Positions 46,377-55,873 of a DNA stretch of 64,000 nucleotides are shown here, piece by piece. The translations under genes and the position numbers were made by a program. Source of the DNA: Simkaniaceae bacterium. GTDB taxonomy: Bacteria > Chlamydiota > Chlamydiia > Chlamydiales > JACRBE01. The stretch covers positions 10,781-74,780 of the forward strand of contig JAIPIG010000003.1 in assembly GCA_021734805.1 (NCBI GenBank). Reading direction: 5' to 3'. The stretch's first letter is position 1. Each line of letters opens with the position of its first letter. The notes under the pieces were generated by a model. The model made no database searches. It was not told the DNA's origin and saw only the letters and a list, made by a program, of their open reading frames with translations.

Positions 46377-49166
46377 TTATACCTTTTTGATATTGGGAGA
46401 TAGGGTATCAATTGTCATTCGGTTTGCAACGTATTCTTCCGGATGATTATAGATAATCCATGGCTCCCCATTTTCTTTAAAAGACTGTTTCCAATTAATC
46501 ATTGGGTAAGCTTTAAGACCATCGAGCGTAGATCTCCATAAATCAAGCTCTAGTGTTATCGGATTGATCCTAAAACTAAAAAAATAATCAACCCAATTCG
46601 TATCTGCAAAGTAGAGCGATTTTGGATAAATCATTTTATGGCTTTGAAAAAGCTCAATCAAATCAGACAACTGAATGTGGCATTTATCTCCTAGTAAGAT
46701 GAGCATATGGACTAAACTATCATACGCAATCGGATCATCCAAAATCAGAGAATTAAACTGCGTTTGATCAAAAATATCAGGGTGTCTTGTAACGAGTTGA
46801 TAGATGTTTTCCTTTGATGAAAATGGAATTGATCTGACGAGCACACCATGCAAGAATGTTTTCAAAACAACCTCATCAAATGTGAGATTTGACTTTTTAA
46901 GCCATCCTATTAGCTTTTCTTGAAATTCCCTCAATGTAAGAGCGCGATTCGCATCAAATCTGAATTTTTGCAAGAATGATCTTGGTAAATTAACAGAGTC
47001 TAGAAGTCGATTGATTAAAAAAACCTGCTCCATCGGCTCAAGTCGAATCAAGCGATAAAATTGAACGGAAGGTTCAATGATCTGATCCCTAAGCCACGTA
47101 TATGTAAAGCCTTTATCACTCCACGCATTTTTAAAAAGTTCTAGGCCCGGTTGGAATAAAAAAGCATGAGTTGGTGATTCAGCTAATAGGGAACGGTGTG
47201 GATATTTTATAAATTGGTCGAGCAGTTTCTGCTCTTGAGCCTTCATCTGATCAATCCATATAATACATAAATCTTTTTCCGTTGCAGCCATTGCCTTTTC
47301 ACACGTTAATTGATTTTCTCTCGAAAAATAACATCTAACTAATGCTTGTAAGTTAGCACCTGAAACATAACTCCAAGGTGTTTTATGCCCCCCTTTAAAC
47401 GGGCTCTTTTGAATTCTTTCATACGCCGTGCGCAAAAAAAGTGGGCTCTGAACATGCTCGATAATTTTTCGCGTGATCCGATAGATTTCCTCTTTTCCTT
47501 TCTCCCATTCGCATGCTGAGATCAATGCTGATGGGATAGCCTCAAAAAAGTCGCATAATGAGCGAATATACAGCTTCTCATCCTCTATTCTTTCCCACAC
47601 ATCGGGTTCCGATCGACCATGCTTATAAATAAGCCTGAATCCTGCCGGGCTATCTTGCGAAAAAAATTGGTCTTTTGCCCCCATTTCAGGATCATATATC
47701 TCTTGAAAATAGAAATGGAATAATGTCTCATACTGAGAGAGCAAAAATTGATAAAACCTTGAATGATATTCGGTGTCTTTAATTGCATCTTGCAACATAT
47801 TTTCACATGTCCTCAAATGATGCATTTGAGCATTCGCGTCTGCTTTGAGTTTGCGGATGCGACCCTCTGAAGTTGCGGACGACATGAGTGTTTGAATCAT
47901 ATTGAGTTGATTTTCTGCCCTCTCTGCCTCTTGCTGTAAATTCATTAATTCGTCATTGCGGATCTTTAATCCTGCATCCAAATCGTCATAAATAACTTTT
48001 CCAATCCCACCTACCTCCTCATGAGAAAAGCCAAGCGCAACAATCATATTCCACTTAAACGCATTGATTTGGTAGTCAGCAAAAGAAGCGATTGTAAACT
48101 CCCATGATTTAAGAAGCGGATGACAAAAGTAAGGCATGAAAAAGCGAATGAGTTCTTTTTCTTGTTGGATGCACTGCTCACATTTTTTTTCACGTTGTAT
48201 ACTTAAGTGAGTTTTGGCTCTCAAATGCTGAGAAGTAAGGTTTGAGCTCTCCCGAATCAGTGAGACTTCTTCTTCGGTTAAACCCCACTTGTAATAAAGC
48301 AATCGACGAATGAGCGTAAAATATGATATCCGTTCTTTTTCATCATAAACTTTTTCGATTGCTTTCTCATACTCCTTTGTCGTTAAAAATAAATTGGACA
48401 ATAGAGCAGCAGATTTAAGGGCAGGATGATTTACGATGAAGTGGATCCCCCTATCAGGGATCCATTGATTGAGCTGATCTCGACCATATGTAAGAGAAAG
48501 AGGAACTTTATAGTCCTCACCTCGAATGGTTTTACGAAGCCTTCCCGTATATATCAATTGGAAAAGATCTTCAAATATTTGATCACTTTGCTCATTTTGC
48601 AAAAGCATTGCCGGTGCTGTTGCAAAACAAGATCCGACACTTTGCCGTAAGGGAGTGATCATTGCCGAAAAAACAGCTGCTTTAATCTCTTTAGAGCCAA
48701 TCGGATCCTTATTGGACAGCATGAGGGATGCTCGGATCAATTCCATTGCAAAATGAGAAAATAGAGGCGGATGCAATCGATCAAATTTTGATCGCATTCT
48801 TTCATTTTCCTTAAATGCCTCGCAAACACGAATTAAATGTTGAAAATAGATGTGATTAAAGGGGTCATGGGGATATGAAAAATTTTTATAATCCCTCAAT
48901 ATGACTAAAGCCCTTTCAATTTTTTCTTGAGACAAATTCAAATCAAATTGAAATAACCAATGAGTAAACGCTCTTGATCGATGGACCATTTTAAATAAAA
49001 TAATATCCTCAAATCCTGCCTCTAAAAAATCGGCACAGGTATTGCATTCTTCTACGGCATTAAAAATTTTAATCCATTGATCTTTTCTTCCTTCCAGCTG
49101 ATCTGAGTAGGCTCTATAAGGAAAGGAGGGGGATTGAGGATCAAAAATCGCTGATAATTTTGACAT
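46377..49166 (-). CDS. Large hypothetical protein with papain/calpain-like Q-x4-C motif and central coiled coil (candidate effector)
   Basis: 929-aa uninterrupted ORF with no signal peptide. LRQSVGSCFATAPAMLL (Cys codon at 48627-48629) resembles the Q...G.C(W/F) nucleophile motif. PTHAFLF and ADTNWVDYF occur downstream. The coiled coil is ELMNLQQEAERAENQLNMIQ. Confidence 0.6.
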   Translation of the reverse strand: MSKLSAIFDPQSPSFPYRAYSDQLEGRKDQWIKIFNAVEECNTCADFLEAGFEDIILFKMVHRSRAFTHWLFQFDLNLSQEKIERALVILRDYKNFSYPHDPFNHIYFQHLIRVCEAFKENERMRSKFDRLHPPLFSHFAMELIRASLMLSNKDPIGSKEIKAAVFSAMITPLRQSVGSCFATAPAMLLQNEQSDQIFEDLFQLIYTGRLRKTIRGEDYKVPLSLTYGRDQLNQWIPDRGIHFIVNHPALKSAALLSNLFLTTKEYEKAIEKVYDEKERISYFTLIRRLLYYKWGLTEEEVSLIRESSNLTSQHLRAKTHLSIQREKKCEQCIQQEKELIRFFMPYFCHPLLKSWEFTIASFADYQINAFKWNMIVALGFSHEEVGGIGKVIYDDLDAGLKIRNDELMNLQQEAERAENQLNMIQTLMSSATSEGRIRKLKADANAQMHHLRTCENMLQDAIKDTEYHSRFYQFLLSQYETLFHFYFQEIYDPEMGAKDQFFSQDSPAGFRLIYKHGRSEPDVWERIEDEKLYIRSLCDFFEAIPSALISACEWEKGKEEIYRITRKIIEHVQSPLFLRTAYERIQKSPFKGGHKTPWSYVSGANLQALVRCYFSRENQLTCEKAMAATEKDLCIIWIDQMKAQEQKLLDQFIKYPHRSLLAESPTHAFLFQPGLELFKNAWSDKGFTYTWLRDQIIEPSVQFYRLIRLEPMEQVFLINRLLDSVNLPRSFLQKFRFDANRALTLREFQEKLIGWLKKSNLTFDEVVLKTFLHGVLVRSIPFSSKENIYQLVTRHPDIFDQTQFNSLILDDPIAYDSLVHMLILLGDKCHIQLSDLIELFQSHKMIYPKSLYFADTNWVDYFFSFRINPITLELDLWRSTLDGLKAYPMINWKQSFKENGEPWIIYNHPEEYVANRMTIDTLSPNIKKV

Positions 49167-49237
49167 TTTTTGCTCTTTAAACTCACCTAAGATATGATTA
49201 TTAGAAAATGATGATTTTAAATTAAAGGCAATTGAAT

Positions 49238-51187
49238 ATGCATATCAAATATCAAGATCAACCTATCGAGCTGGAAGACGGTAGCACAGGTTTAGATTTG
49301 GTTGAAAAGCTCGGATTAAAAGAGCCCCATCAAGCTGTTGGTTTTTCAATTAATCGGCGGATGTGTGATATTTCTACACCTTTAAAGAATGGGGATGTGA
49401 TCGAAATTTATGATTTTGATTGTGATGAAGGTAGAGAAATTTTTTGGCATACCTCTGCCCACGTTTTAGCTCAAGCCATTCTCCGTCTGTGGCCGGATGC
49501 ACAACCCACAATTGGCCCCCCTATTGAAAACGGCTTTTATTACGACTTTGCTCATCTAAATATTTCCGAAGAAGACTTTCCCAAAATAGAAAAAGAGATT
49601 AAGTCTATTTTAAAAGAACGATTCAGAACAAAAAAAATCACCTTTTCCTCAAAAGAAGAAGCTCTGGAAGCCTTTAAGGATAATCCCTATAAAGTTGAAT
49701 TAATCAACAGCTTTGATCCAAGTAGCTCTCTTACAGCTTATCAACAAGGTGAATTTACCGATCTGTGTCGCGGTCCCCATCTAATGAATCTGGGGAAAAT
49801 CAAAGCATTTAAGCTGATGAAAACCTCAGGAGCCTATTGGAGGGGGAATAGCGAAAATGAGATGCTCACGCGGATATATGGAATCTCATTCCCAGATAAA
49901 GAACTTCTCAATCATTATTTAACCCTTCTTGAAGAGGCCAAAAAAAGAGATCATAGAGTGCTTGGCAACAAACTTGATTTGTTCTCTTTTAAAGAAGACG
50001 GTCCGGGTATGCCTTTCATTCACCCATCGGGAATGATCATTTGGAATAAACTGCTCGAATTTTGGCGTGAACTCCATCAAATGCAAGATTATGTCGAAAT
50101 TAAAACACCGATTATGCTCTCACAAGAATTATGGGAACGATCCGGTCACTGGTTTCATTACCGTGAAAATATGTATACCTCTGAAATCGATGAGCGTTCA
50201 TTTGCGATTAAACCCATGAATTGTCCGGGTGGAATGCTCTATTATAAAAGTCACAGACATAGCTATCGAGAATTTCCCCTTCGCGTAGGTGAAATCGGTC
50301 TCGTTCATCGCCATGAATTATCCGGATCAATCAATGGTCTTCTGAGAGTTAGAAGCTTTCATCAAGACGATGCTCATATTTTCATGACTCCCAAACAAAT
50401 TAAAGATGAAATCGTCAATGTCATTCGATTAGCCGATACCATTTATAAAACATTTGGCCTTGATTATCGATTTGAACTCTCCACACGGCCTGAAAAATCA
50501 AAAACGATTGGCTCCGATGAAGATTGGGACATCGCAACCAACGGTTTAAGAGATGCCCTGATTGAATGGGGGTCCCCCTTTCAAGTCAATGAGGGAGATG
50601 GGGCTTTTTATGGCCCAAAAATTGATCTTCATGTCAGAGATGCTCTCGGTCGTTCATGGCAATGCGGCACAATTCAATTAGATATGTCTTTGCCTGAACG
50701 TTTTGATTTAGAGTATACGGATTCGGATGGCCAAGCAAAGCGTCCCATTATGATTCATCGCGCTCTATATGGGTCAATCGAACGCTTCTTTGCGATCTTA
50801 ATTGAACATTTTGCAGGGAGATTTCCTCTTTGGTTAAGCCCTAGGCAGATTTGTTTCATTCCCGTTGCCGATCGTCACGTCACCTATGCAAAGCATTTAG
50901 CTAGCACTCTAAAAAGTCATGGTCTAATTTGCGATGTAGATGACTCAAATGAATCCGTATCCAAAAAAATCCGCAATGCTCAGATGCTACAATTCAACTA
51001 TATGCTGACAATTGGGGATCAAGAAATCGAGTCTAAAGCAATCAATATCCGCACTAGGGAAAATATTCAAGTTGGAGCGATGAGCCTTGAAAGCTTCATC
51101 TCACAAATTAAAGAAGAACTCCAAACAAAATCTCTTGTATCCCTCTTTCAAGAGACTTCTCATAAAACTGATCTTATAAAAAAATAA
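49238..51187 (+). CDS. thrS: Threonyl-tRNA synthetase
   Basis: TGS domain, second additional domain (HTSAHVLAQAI), class II core (FRDELSG-type HRHELSGSINGLLRVRSFHQDDAHIF; MIHRALYGSIERF) and an anticodon-binding domain. The ATG at 49238 is preferred to the TTG at 49232. Confidence 0.95.
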   Translation: MHIKYQDQPIELEDGSTGLDLVEKLGLKEPHQAVGFSINRRMCDISTPLKNGDVIEIYDFDCDEGREIFWHTSAHVLAQAILRLWPDAQPTIGPPIENGFYYDFAHLNISEEDFPKIEKEIKSILKERFRTKKITFSSKEEALEAFKDNPYKVELINSFDPSSSLTAYQQGEFTDLCRGPHLMNLGKIKAFKLMKTSGAYWRGNSENEMLTRIYGISFPDKELLNHYLTLLEEAKKRDHRVLGNKLDLFSFKEDGPGMPFIHPSGMIIWNKLLEFWRELHQMQDYVEIKTPIMLSQELWERSGHWFHYRENMYTSEIDERSFAIKPMNCPGGMLYYKSHRHSYREFPLRVGEIGLVHRHELSGSINGLLRVRSFHQDDAHIFMTPKQIKDEIVNVIRLADTIYKTFGLDYRFELSTRPEKSKTIGSDEDWDIATNGLRDALIEWGSPFQVNEGDGAFYGPKIDLHVRDALGRSWQCGTIQLDMSLPERFDLEYTDSDGQAKRPIMIHRALYGSIERFFAILIEHFAGRFPLWLSPRQICFIPVADRHVTYAKHLASTLKSHGLICDVDDSNESVSKKIRNAQMLQFNYMLTIGDQEIESKAINIRTRENIQVGAMSLESFISQIKEELQTKSLVSLFQETSHKTDLIKK

Positions 51188-51200
51188 CGGCTCAGAACTT

Positions 51201-51225
51201 TGCCCATATTAAAAAAATATGGGCA
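51201..51225 (+). terminator. Hairpin after thrS (TGCCCATAT-N7-ATATGGGCA)
   Basis: A perfect 9-bp stem 14 nt after the stop. The T-tract is weak. Confidence 0.4.
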
Positions 51226-51270
51226 TTGCTATAACATTGTAAAATCATTTTACATCAGGGAATACTGAAT

Positions 51271-52008
51271 ATGGTCAAATTAAACTCACTTCTTTCAGAT
51301 AGATTTAGAAAAGCTAAACCCCAATTGGAAACTCGCAATGAAACTTCCCTTGAGAATGTTTCATTAAATGAGCTAACACATCTGTCTGACTTTTTTAAAA
51401 CTTCAGATTTAACAACTGAAGAAAAGGGGCAAATTGAAACAATTCTTCAATCATTTAAATCTGAAACTCAAGATATTTCTTCAGACTTTGATGAGCTATT
51501 GTCTTTGACAAAAGAAGTCAAAGCAATTAACAATCAAGCGATTATACTGCACGGAGAAAGGATTAAACAAGCACAAATTATCCTTAAAAAGTATAAAGAC
51601 GGAGCCTTTAGCGCATGGCTTGTTTCAACCTATGGCAATCGGCAAACCCCTTACAATTTTTTGCAATACTATGAGTTTTATAAAACACTTTCCCCTGATT
51701 TACAAAACAAAGTGACTGAGATGCCTAAACAGGCAATTTATACATTAGCTTCACGAGACGGTGAAATCGAAAAAAAACAAGAAATGATTGAAAATTATAA
51801 CGGTGAGTCAAAAAAAGAAGTTCTAGAAAAAATCAGAACCATATTTCCCCTTGCCCCAAAAGACAAAAGGCAAACAAAACCTTCCGTGACTCTTCTCAAG
51901 TCTTTAGAGCGGATTATTCAACAATGTAATCACTCTAAACTACAACTCGAAGAAAATGAAAAAGAAGAAATCAAAGAGCTTCTCCTGCAAATTGAGGCAC
52001 TTCTTTAA
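51271..52008 (+). CDS. pGP6-D-related protein (chlamydial plasmid/chromosome family)
   Basis: The central block AIILHGERIKQAQIILKKY...FSAWLVSTYGNRQTPYNFLQYYEFYKTL...MPKQAIYTLASRDGEIEKK parallels, from memory, C. trachomatis pGP6-D (LLLGEKIYNARKIL...FSSWIELVFRTKSSAYNALAYYELFINL...IPYKSAYILAARKGDLKTK). Its position right after thrS mirrors the thrS...pGP6-D-paralogue arrangement I recall in Chlamydia. Confidence 0.6.
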   Translation: MVKLNSLLSDRFRKAKPQLETRNETSLENVSLNELTHLSDFFKTSDLTTEEKGQIETILQSFKSETQDISSDFDELLSLTKEVKAINNQAIILHGERIKQAQIILKKYKDGAFSAWLVSTYGNRQTPYNFLQYYEFYKTLSPDLQNKVTEMPKQAIYTLASRDGEIEKKQEMIENYNGESKKEVLEKIRTIFPLAPKDKRQTKPSVTLLKSLERIIQQCNHSKLQLEENEKEEIKELLLQIEALL

Positions 52009-53441
52009 TGATGAACGAAGAGATCTTTGAAAGCCCATTTACGACTAGATATCGATCTGAAGCCATGTCAAAGATCTTTTCGTCTCAATACAAATATGCT
52101 ACATGGCGAAGATTGTGGATCGCACTGGCCAGTGCGATGCGCTCTGCAGGAATCGATATTCCTTTAGAAGCAATTGAGCAAATGAAAAAGCAAGTATTGA
52201 ACATAGACTTTGATCAAATCGCTTTGTTTGAAAAAAAATTTAGACATGAAGTGATCGCGCATATTCACGCCTTTTCTGAAGTAGCTCCACTCGCAAGAGG
52301 AGTGATCCATTTGGGTGCCACTTCATCATACGTCATGGATAATGGGGACTTAATTCAAATGAAGGAAGCTCTCACTATCTTGAGAGGAAAATTAAAACAT
52401 CTCATGAGAGCGCTTTATTCTAAAGCCCGCGAATATGCCTCTACCCCATGTTTGGCATATACCCATTTTCAACCGGCCCAACCCATCACAGTAGGGAAGC
52501 GAATCTCAACTTGGCTATTTGATGTTTATTTATGTTTTAATGATCTCCACACCCTTTTATTAGATTTCCCCTTTTTAGGTGTAAAAGGCGCGACGGGAAC
52601 TCAAGATTCATTTTTAGCGCTATTCGATCAAGACCAAGAAAAAGTTGACGCCTGTGAAAGAGCCGTTGCAACATCAATGGGATTTGAAGCAGTCTTTCCT
52701 TTATCCACACAAACATACACCCGATTGCAAGATTGTCGGATATTATCTATTTTGGCTCGTATTGGAACCTCTTTGCATAAAATGGCAACAGATGTCCGCC
52801 TTCTTTCCCATACGAAAGAAATCTTTGAACCACACCGCGAAGATCAAGTCGGTTCTTCAGCAATGCCCTATAAACGCAATCCCATACAAGCTGAAAGAAT
52901 CTGTTCCATTGCAAGGTATTTGATAAATCTAGAAAATAACGCCCATCAAACGGCAGCAAATCAATGGCTTGAAAGATCGCTTGATGACTCTGCCAATCGC
53001 CGCATTGTGCTTCCCGAAGCTTTTTTATCAGCCGACTCAATCATTAATTTAGCTGTTGAGCTCACCAATCGACTTGAAATCGACGAAGAGGCAATCTCAA
53101 ATCAATTAAAAAACTACGCTCCTTTCTTATCATTAGAAAGAGCCCTGATGTCAGCTTGCAAAAATGGGAAGGATCGAGAAGAGATCCATCAAAGGCTAAT
53201 GAAGCACTCAAAAACCGCATTAAGCCGCCTACAAGGCAATAAAATGCACACATTAGCAGAAGATGTTATGAACGACCCGGAAATTGGATTAGACCCCCAA
53301 AAAAACCCTTTTAATGAAGAAATTAAAAATTTGACCGGAAATTCATCCTATGCAACGATCCAATTTTTAAAAACATATATCGAACCCGTTCTCAATAACG
53401 AGGCAATCCATGAATTCATCACCGACAGCACAAGCACATAA
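52008..53441 (+). CDS. purB: Adenylosuccinate lyase
   Basis: Fumarate-lyase signature GSSAMPYKRNP and PurB-type N-terminus (SPFTTRY.S.EM..IFS...K...WR.LW..LA). The start overlaps the previous stop (TAATG). Confidence 0.92.
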   Translation: MMNEEIFESPFTTRYRSEAMSKIFSSQYKYATWRRLWIALASAMRSAGIDIPLEAIEQMKKQVLNIDFDQIALFEKKFRHEVIAHIHAFSEVAPLARGVIHLGATSSYVMDNGDLIQMKEALTILRGKLKHLMRALYSKAREYASTPCLAYTHFQPAQPITVGKRISTWLFDVYLCFNDLHTLLLDFPFLGVKGATGTQDSFLALFDQDQEKVDACERAVATSMGFEAVFPLSTQTYTRLQDCRILSILARIGTSLHKMATDVRLLSHTKEIFEPHREDQVGSSAMPYKRNPIQAERICSIARYLINLENNAHQTAANQWLERSLDDSANRRIVLPEAFLSADSIINLAVELTNRLEIDEEAISNQLKNYAPFLSLERALMSACKNGKDREEIHQRLMKHSKTALSRLQGNKMHTLAEDVMNDPEIGLDPQKNPFNEEIKNLTGNSSYATIQFLKTYIEPVLNNEAIHEFITDSTST

Positions 53442-54099
53442 GCCCTCTTTTATTATTGTCAGCTACTACACAAAAGATACCCTTTATGAAAGGGAAATTC
53501 AAAATCTTGCTAGGTCTTGTCAAAAAATAGGCTTAACAATAGATATCACTGCGTTTGAAAATCAAGGGAATTGGAATAAAAACTGCCATTTTAAACCCTT
53601 CCTTATCCTTGAAAAATTAAAAAAATATCAGTGCCCGATTATCTGGCTAGATGCGGATTCCTATGTCCATCAATACCCGGTTTTATTTGATGAATCACCA
53701 TCCGATTTTTTGGTTAGAATACGAGATGATGTTGATTTTAGGCATCGCGATAAAGTGCTTTCAGGAACTGTTTTTGTCAAGTACTCTCCCTTAGGAATCA
53801 ATCTTGTTGAAACATGGTGTGAAGAGAGCCTTAAATTCAATGAAACTCAATCTGACCAAGAATGTTTGAGAAATGCTATTGAAAAGTTACATCTTGACAC
53901 AGAAACCATATCACTTCCAAACAACTATTGCCGAATTGATATCTTAGACTTCAATCAAATTGATTCAAAAGATATTGTCATCGAACAATTTCAGGCATCA
54001 AGACTTTTTATGAAAATCATTAATCAAGAAGTCTGTCAATTCAACTTTCTAGATTCGCTTTCCCCTGAAGAATTACAAAAAATTCGCTTTTCCTTCTAA
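53410..54099 (+). CDS. Putative GT-A fold glycosyltransferase (nucleotide-diphospho-sugar transferase-like)
   Basis: FIIVSYYTKDTLYEREIQNL...KNCHFKPFLILEKL...PIIWLDADSYV (DxD = DAD)...SGTVFV. It overlaps the purB 3' end by 32 nt. Confidence 0.5.
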   Translation: MNSSPTAQAHKPSFIIVSYYTKDTLYEREIQNLARSCQKIGLTIDITAFENQGNWNKNCHFKPFLILEKLKKYQCPIIWLDADSYVHQYPVLFDESPSDFLVRIRDDVDFRHRDKVLSGTVFVKYSPLGINLVETWCEESLKFNETQSDQECLRNAIEKLHLDTETISLPNNYCRIDILDFNQIDSKDIVIEQFQASRLFMKIINQEVCQFNFLDSLSPEELQKIRFSF

Positions 54100-54100
54100 C

Positions 54101-54185
54101 TTACTCACCTTACGCAAAAATGAAGGATTGTAGAGCGGCTGCGGCTTTGCCATATCAATCCTTCATTTTTGCGTAAGGTGAGTAA
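54101..54185. repeat. Family-3 palindrome: perfect 29-bp arms, 27-nt loop, exactly filling the gap between two convergent stops
   Basis: TTACTCACCTTACGCAAAAATGAAGGATT (54101-54129) is the exact reverse complement of 54157-54185. The stop codons lie at 54097-54099 (+) and 54187-54189 (-). Confidence 0.95.
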
Positions 54186-54186
54186 C

Positions 54187-55116
54187 TTATTTTTCATAAA
54201 TAGTCTGAGTTTCCATTTCAAGTAAACCTAAATGTAAAAGCTCCTGATAAATCAACTCCTCTAATTCTCCTGAAACGGGAATCAAAGGAAGGCGCAATCG
54301 ATTTTCAATGAATCCCATACAACTTAATGCACACTTAATACCTTGTGGATTGACATCGCTGTAAATCAATCGAATCAGTGCATGATACTTATTGAATAGA
54401 CCCTCTGCACGAATCAAATCGAGCTGAGATAAATTCAATATAGCCTGCCAAATCGTTGGGATAACATTGCCAATCGCTCCGATGCTTCCATTGGCTCCGG
54501 CCCGCAGATCATTGAGAATTGAATGGTCATTTCCTGAAAAAATATAATGATTGGGGAATGCATTTGCAATTTGTCGAATCAACTGCGAATGTCCGGAGCA
54601 TTCTTTAATTCCAATGCAATTTTCAATGGATAGTATTTGACAAATTGCCTCAAATGAGAGCTCAATACCCGTCCTTGACGGGATATGATAAGCGATAAAG
54701 GGAAGCCCACATGCCGCAATCTCCCTATAATGAGCTATACACCCCTTTTCATTCGGTCTGTTATAATATGGAACGACAATGAGAGCAGCATCAACCCCTA
54801 ATTCTTGAGCAATTGCCGTTAATCTTTTAGAAACAAGTGTTGAATTCGTCCCCGTATTTGCAATTAATTTAGTTTCACCCTGAATAATATCACAGCAAAA
54901 CTCTAAAATTTCTATCTTTTCATCCTCAGAAAGCGTTGAACACTCTCCTGTTGTACCAAAACATACTAATCCCTTCGTTTCATTGATAATATGCCACTCA
55001 ATCAATCGTTTTAAAGCGGAATAATCGACATCTCCCTGAGAATTGAACGGAGTTATAATAGGAACAAAACTAGAAAAGGTAGGCAACATATCTTCCTTCT
55101 TTTGAACGGAGACCAA
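54187..55116 (-). CDS. dapA: 4-hydroxy-tetrahydrodipicolinate synthase
   Basis: GLVCFGTTGECSTLSEDEK, VPYYNRP and the active-site Lys context IGIKECSG. The length is about 300 aa. Confidence 0.9.
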   Translation of the reverse strand: MVSVQKKEDMLPTFSSFVPIITPFNSQGDVDYSALKRLIEWHIINETKGLVCFGTTGECSTLSEDEKIEILEFCCDIIQGETKLIANTGTNSTLVSKRLTAIAQELGVDAALIVVPYYNRPNEKGCIAHYREIAACGLPFIAYHIPSRTGIELSFEAICQILSIENCIGIKECSGHSQLIRQIANAFPNHYIFSGNDHSILNDLRAGANGSIGAIGNVIPTIWQAILNLSQLDLIRAEGLFNKYHALIRLIYSDVNPQGIKCALSCMGFIENRLRLPLIPVSGELEELIYQELLHLGLLEMETQTIYEK

Positions 55117-55191
55117 AACTTCTTAAGGGATGAGCCCACACGTCAAACCATGTGACAACTAGTAGTCCATTGGCCATCAAATAAGCTCATT

Positions 55192-55266
55192 TATACCGAA
55201 ATAGGCATATTGAACAAGATCTCTATAAACTTATATGAGAAAATATTTTTATTTCAAGCGGTATAC
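55192..55266 (+). repeat. Family-1 repeat variant bounded by TATACCG ... CGGTATA (75 bp)
   Basis: TATACCGAAATAGG... parallels GTATACCGAAATGAG at 29772, and ...ATTTCAAGCGGTATACAG parallels TTCAAGAGCGGTATATACAG at 2100. Confidence 0.5.
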
Positions 55267-55272
55267 AGATCA

Positions 55273-55653
55273 CTAAGAAAAGTGATTGACTTCAGAAGTT
55301 TTCTCTAGAGATTTAAAAACAGACTCCCATTCATTGAGTAGTTTTAGAAAGCTAAGAATGGCTGTTTTAAATTTATTAAAATTGTTTAAGGGGGTTATTT
55401 TCTGAATAATAGATATTGTTTTTGATTGATCGTTATACTTGAAGTGAATGCCCTTTAGTCCCCATCTTGCGATTAATGATTGTGAAAGAAGGCCAATAAT
55501 TGAACTGGGAATTTTGCTTTGAGACCGGACTGTTGTTGAAATTTGCCATATTGCATCTGAGGTGTAAAATTCTATTTCCCTACCTTCAATTTCTACAATT
55601 GCCTGATTTGAATCAACTAGCTGACAAGATAGTTGTAAAAAAGCTTTAAACAT
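55273..55653 (-). CDS. Small hypothetical protein (weak resemblance to class I type III secretion chaperones)
   Basis: 126 aa with no TM or signal. The layout (N-terminal helix, beta core, C-terminal amphipathic helix AILSFLKLLNEWESVF) resembles the CesT/SycE type, but the protein is Lys-rich rather than acidic. Confidence 0.45.
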   Translation of the reverse strand: MFKAFLQLSCQLVDSNQAIVEIEGREIEFYTSDAIWQISTTVRSQSKIPSSIIGLLSQSLIARWGLKGIHFKYNDQSKTISIIQKITPLNNFNKFKTAILSFLKLLNEWESVFKSLEKTSEVNHFS

Positions 55654-55873
55654 ATAAAATCCCCCTTCTCAATAGCCATTTAAACCGCTATTTGAGCAAA
55701 CATTATAACAAAAAAGATGTTTAATATCCCTAAATAAAGGATAATAAATTAATTTTCAAATAATTATAGTTTATGTTTAAAAAAGCAAAGTTTGTTTTTT
55801 AGAAAAAAGAACTAAAAATCAGTGGTATACAGGGAGTTGTTCGAGAGCGATATATGCCGCTCGTGATATAAAA

